Source: the human T2T-CHM13v2.0 reference genome, Homo sapiens
DNA: 64,000 bases
Assembly (NCBI RefSeq): GCF_009914755.1
Contig: NC_060927.1
Strand: one strand, 5' to 3'
In this document: positions 59,761 to 64,000 of the stretch, piece after piece
Layout of the letters: each line of letters begins with the position of its first letter
Position numbering within the stretch: the stretch's first letter is position 1
Position numbers and translations under genes: made by a program
Notes under the pieces: model-generated
What the model was told of the DNA's origin: nothing
Database searches by the model: none
What the model saw: the letters and a program-made list of their open reading frames with translations, nothing else

Positions 59761-61279
59761 GTAAGTATGGACAAGAGCCTTCTTGTCTTCATCTGGTAGG
59801 GTGCGGCCAAATGATCTGGAGCTCCATTTAAGAAACTGTCACTGTGGTCACGGAGTGCTGGGGAAGGAGGAACCTTAGGCTCCCTTAAAACACGATCATG
59901 TTCTGTGCTTCCCTTGAGAGGGACCATAGTCCTTTGTGTCTCGATTGGTCCAGGGACTGTTGTTGATGATGGTATTTCCATGTGTAGTAACGGGGTCTCC
60001 ATTTCTAAGTTGGAGAAGTTCATGGTATCACTTGGAAGACTCCTAGGGTTGGAGACAGTGACACCTCATATGGAAGATGGTCTTTTCAAACCAATTGCCT
60101 TATTGCTGTTGACCTCAATCCATGACTCACACAGCTTTTTCAGGGAGTAAGTATGTGAGGTGGATAGTGTTACTGAGGCTATGGAGGTAACACATGAGGC
60201 TTAGTGCACCTGGCGTGTGATTAGATACTCAGCTAATCCGTCCTTGATTTCTGCAAGGTCAGAAATAGGCTTTAGTGTATAGGATGGTTTAGAATTTTAA
60301 GTGCAAAATGGCTCTTTCTCTGGAGACCATATCGCCAAGTAATGCTGATACGTAGACACTTTGGACTTCAGGTGTCCACATTTATGGGTTGAAGAAGGCA
60401 GCGGTTGTGTTACATGGAAAGGGTGGGTATAAGTAAGACAGTTTTCTTGTGGAGTGCTTGATTCTGGTCTAGGATTGAAACAGTTGCTCCTGTGTCTGAC
60501 ATGTGTGTCTACACGATGATCTCAGCAGTGGGCATGGAAGGTGGTATTGAGGGTGTTTCTTTCTTTTTTTGGCAAGATTTTGAAAAAGAAATGGAGGGAT
60601 TTTCTTAAGGCACTTTAATGAAGGGAATTGGGTGAAGGGAATTCAAATTGTAATTGTCCTTGGAAAGTGTTGTGAATTCTGCTGTTATGGTTATCCTTCT
60701 AGTTATGTCTTGGTGAAATGTTGGCTTTGAAAGACACTCTGACTGAGGCCTTCCTGCTGTGGGTTTGTGGATTTGCTGGGGAGCCTCTCCTCCCTTTTGT
60801 GCTCCTTACTGGGGTACCCGAGGCTCACCTTCCTTCTTTTCATCCTTGTCACCCCTATTTCTAGAGTCCATTTTGAAAGCTTTGCTTCCACAGTTAATAT
60901 GGCTTGGAAAACCCTGACCCAGTTTAACCCTCTGTCAGTGCATGAGGAACTCTGTGGTAAAACTTCTCTGCATCATGTTCATGTTGTTATTGTTTGAACA
61001 CTTGGACTGGGAGGGACGTCATGTTTCACAGGACGGTTCTTGTCCTTGCACCTTCTTTATTTCAAGAGAAGGAGCTGCCTCTGTGTGGCCAACATCTGGT
61101 GGTCTCCATGCTGCCGTCTGTGGTGACATGGAGGAAATCTTACCTCTGAGATTAGGCAAGCTGTGGATCCTTTCGGTGAGCGCTGATGTCCAAGTGAACT
61201 TTGTGCTCTGGCGGGTAGAGGGCTGCTCTCCTGGCCTCCTGGTACAGGAGGGAAGACTGGCATTTATGGTGCAGGAGGA

Positions 61280-61385
61280 AGAGTGCAGTTTAAATACCAG
61301 ACCTACCATTTATGAGCTGCTGTGTGACCTTGGACAAGTTACTTGCCCTCTCTGAGCCTCAATTCCTTCATCTATACAAGTGGCA
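61280..61385 (+). mobile_element. MIR core
   Basis: tgtgtgaccttggacaagttacttgccctctctgagcctcaattccttcatct. Confidence 0.8.
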
Positions 61386-62032
61386 TTTTTCAGGTTCTCC
61401 CAGATCATTAGCATTTTTAGTGCCTTTGCGTCCACCAGGTTGTCTGGGCTGCACAGCAGTGTATAAAAGGAGTTAGGGTGGGTTTTAGGATCTTCCTGGT
61501 ACAGAGGAGGAAGCAGCCGTTGAGAGTGGTCCAGACTCATCCCCCATCTCAGGCTCCCTCAGAGTTCAGTGGTCTTTTGACGTTTTCGTGCTTTTTGGCG
61601 TCAGAGAGGCGGATGTGCCAGCAGCCTTGGGTGCAGATCTAGACTGCATCACTCTGGCTACTTCGATGTTGATTGGGGGTGGGCTGCTTGCAGAGGAGGG
61701 GTGCATGGAGAGGGGATCTTACCCGACGCCCACACGGCCAACAGCACAGATCTGCCCGGTGGCAAGGTGTTAGTACTGGGAGGACCCCACCCCCCTCATA
61801 CTCTTCTTGGTTTGGAAACTTGGATGGAAAACCTCGAATTTTTTTGAGTTGATTGGTTTCCCTAAGAACAGCTTCAGTGCCTGTGGTTTTTGCCTCGGAC
61901 CTCACTTGGCTTTGTTGTGCTCGTCCTTCTAAATTCAGGACCCTGAAGACACTTGCTTGGTGCCAGAGGGAGAAAAAGGACCACCAGAGGCTCCCGCTCC
62001 TCTGCCAGGCTTCTGCACATGTGCCTTTCTTT

Positions 62033-62045
62033 CCACTAGGTGGCA
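62033..62045 (+). promoter_or_regulatory. Candidate CTCF core motif
   Basis: CCACTAGGTGGCA matches the CCASYAGRKGGCR consensus; motif only, no binding data. Confidence 0.45.
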
Positions 62046-63339
62046 AGCGCCGACTGCACAATGAAAGGATGTCAGGACGCTGCCTCTCAGTCACTTTTCC
62101 AGACACAGTGGACGTAATGCAATTGTGATTTTCCTCTCAACTCCCACAGGTCTCTGAAACTTAACTGCCAGCCTGTAGCTGAGTCCTGTGTCTCAAACCA
62201 TAGCCAGGTCAGAGTTTATTTTGAAAGTGGCATGTGGAGTAATATGCCAGATGGTTCGGAGAGAACAAATGTTGCTCAAAGTTCTTACTCCTAAACTGCA
62301 GTTGTAGAAGTGTTCTGTCACTGTCCAGGTAATTCTTCCTTTAGCGTAGATAGAATAAAGGGTCTGGGGTTTGTGCAAGTAAAGGGATGAGCAATTAGAG
62401 GAGAAATTGTGAGAAAGGGAAGAGATACAGGTTTTGGATATTAAAAGAACCTTTTTTAAAAAAACACACATAGAGGTTGGGGGCCGCAGCTGAACTAACA
62501 GGCTATTGCCCTGTGCTCCTGCATTTCAGGCCCCGTAAGAGTTAGATTCTCCCAGGCTCTCTCCTTTGCCTTTGATTTGATTTCCGTTTCTTGATTCTTT
62601 TGTTTTCCTGGTGAAGTCTCCTTCCTCTCTGTCTGGAAAGGGGGCAGAGCTTCAGCCTAAGAAAAGCAGGCTGTAGTGACAAAGAAAATGTGCTTCCTCA
62701 ATAGATGCAGGTGGAGGCTGTCATCCTGCAAGGATGTTAGACATGGAAAATCACGCGATGTAGAGTTGCCGGGCTGAGCGCGAGCTGGCCAGTCTCTTCT
62801 GAGCAGACTCCTTGTCTAAGCCCCCTCCTTGAATATCTGTAGGCAGATGGGCTTTGGAGCCTAGAATATGCTTTTTTAGTTTCTCAGGAAAGTTTTCATC
62901 ATTGTTCCTCAGCCTTCGCTATCAGAGATTTTCTTCGCTCTCAGCCAAATCCCTGATGTCTCAGGAGAGGCCCGTCTTCCCTGACCTGTCATCAGCAGCC
63001 CTCTCAATTAATGCTGGACATCTTTTTCAGGGCTACGCTGACTTCTCAAATATTTCTTTTGGCTGCGTTGGGGTTGCTGCTTACGAACACTTGGATTCAG
63101 GTTTATTTTGTTTTAGTTTTTCTCCTGGGAAGTTGCTATATCATATTGTGAGTAGACAATTATCACTGTAGATGAATCCAGCTGCCCACAACCAAATCTG
63201 CAGGATGAGTTTCCTCAACATCCCCTCTCCCCTAGCTCCTGCGGATGGATGTACCTAGAGTTTTTTTTTTGTTTTTTTTTTTTAATCATCTGGAGCACTC
63301 CTTCCACGGTCATCTCTTAGTGTAACTGCACGTTTTTGA

Positions 63340-63777
<438 letters not shown>

Positions 63778-63996
63778 GGAACATTTTTATTGCAACACAA
63801 AGAGGTAGAGCGTAAATATCCCTGGCTGCATGGCCAGTTGTCATCTTTTAGGACTGCTCTGTAACTGTGGTCCTTTTCCTGCCAACTGCTGACATTCACG
63901 ATCCTTTCTTCTCCGTTCCTGTGGATTGTGGAATAATTGTAGAAAGTGAAGGCTTTGGCATGCATGGTTCTTGATTTGGTGACTTTACCTCCTCAG

Positions 63997-64000
63997 GTGG
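63997..64000 (+). CDS. ITPR1: Start of the next ITPR1 exon (V333 onward), cut by the window end
   Basis: Pyrimidine tract ctttacctcctcag followed by GTGG; the protein continues VDPDQD. Only 4 nt are visible. Confidence 0.75.

Overview
This is human (primate) genomic DNA from inside ITPR1 (inositol 1,4,5-trisphosphate receptor type 1, 3p26), on the + strand. The first ~33.6 kb is the 3' part of a long, repeat-rich intron. Eight complete coding exons follow, encoding residues ~55-332 (most of the suppressor domain and the start of the IP3-binding core). They include the 45-nt alternatively spliced SI exon; the window ends 4 nt into the next exon. Exons were located by reading GT-AG boundaries and matching the joined translation to the ITPR1 protein as I remember it, so exon numbers are the usual RefSeq numbers from memory. 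The rest is dominated by Alu, L1, L2, MIR, LTR (MST, MLT1, MER4, LTR8) and DNA transposon remnants (MER2, MER5, MER20, MER102 and a Ricksha MULE). Nearly all ORFs in the supplied track are Alu, low-complexity or chance ORFs. I see no evidence of a new multi-gene system. The best leads are RNA-processing features: two candidate unannotated exons in the long intron, a run of phase-0 exons bracketed by inverted Alus, and signals around the SI exon. All are hypotheses that need RNA-seq or conservation data. Repeat subfamily calls are by eye.
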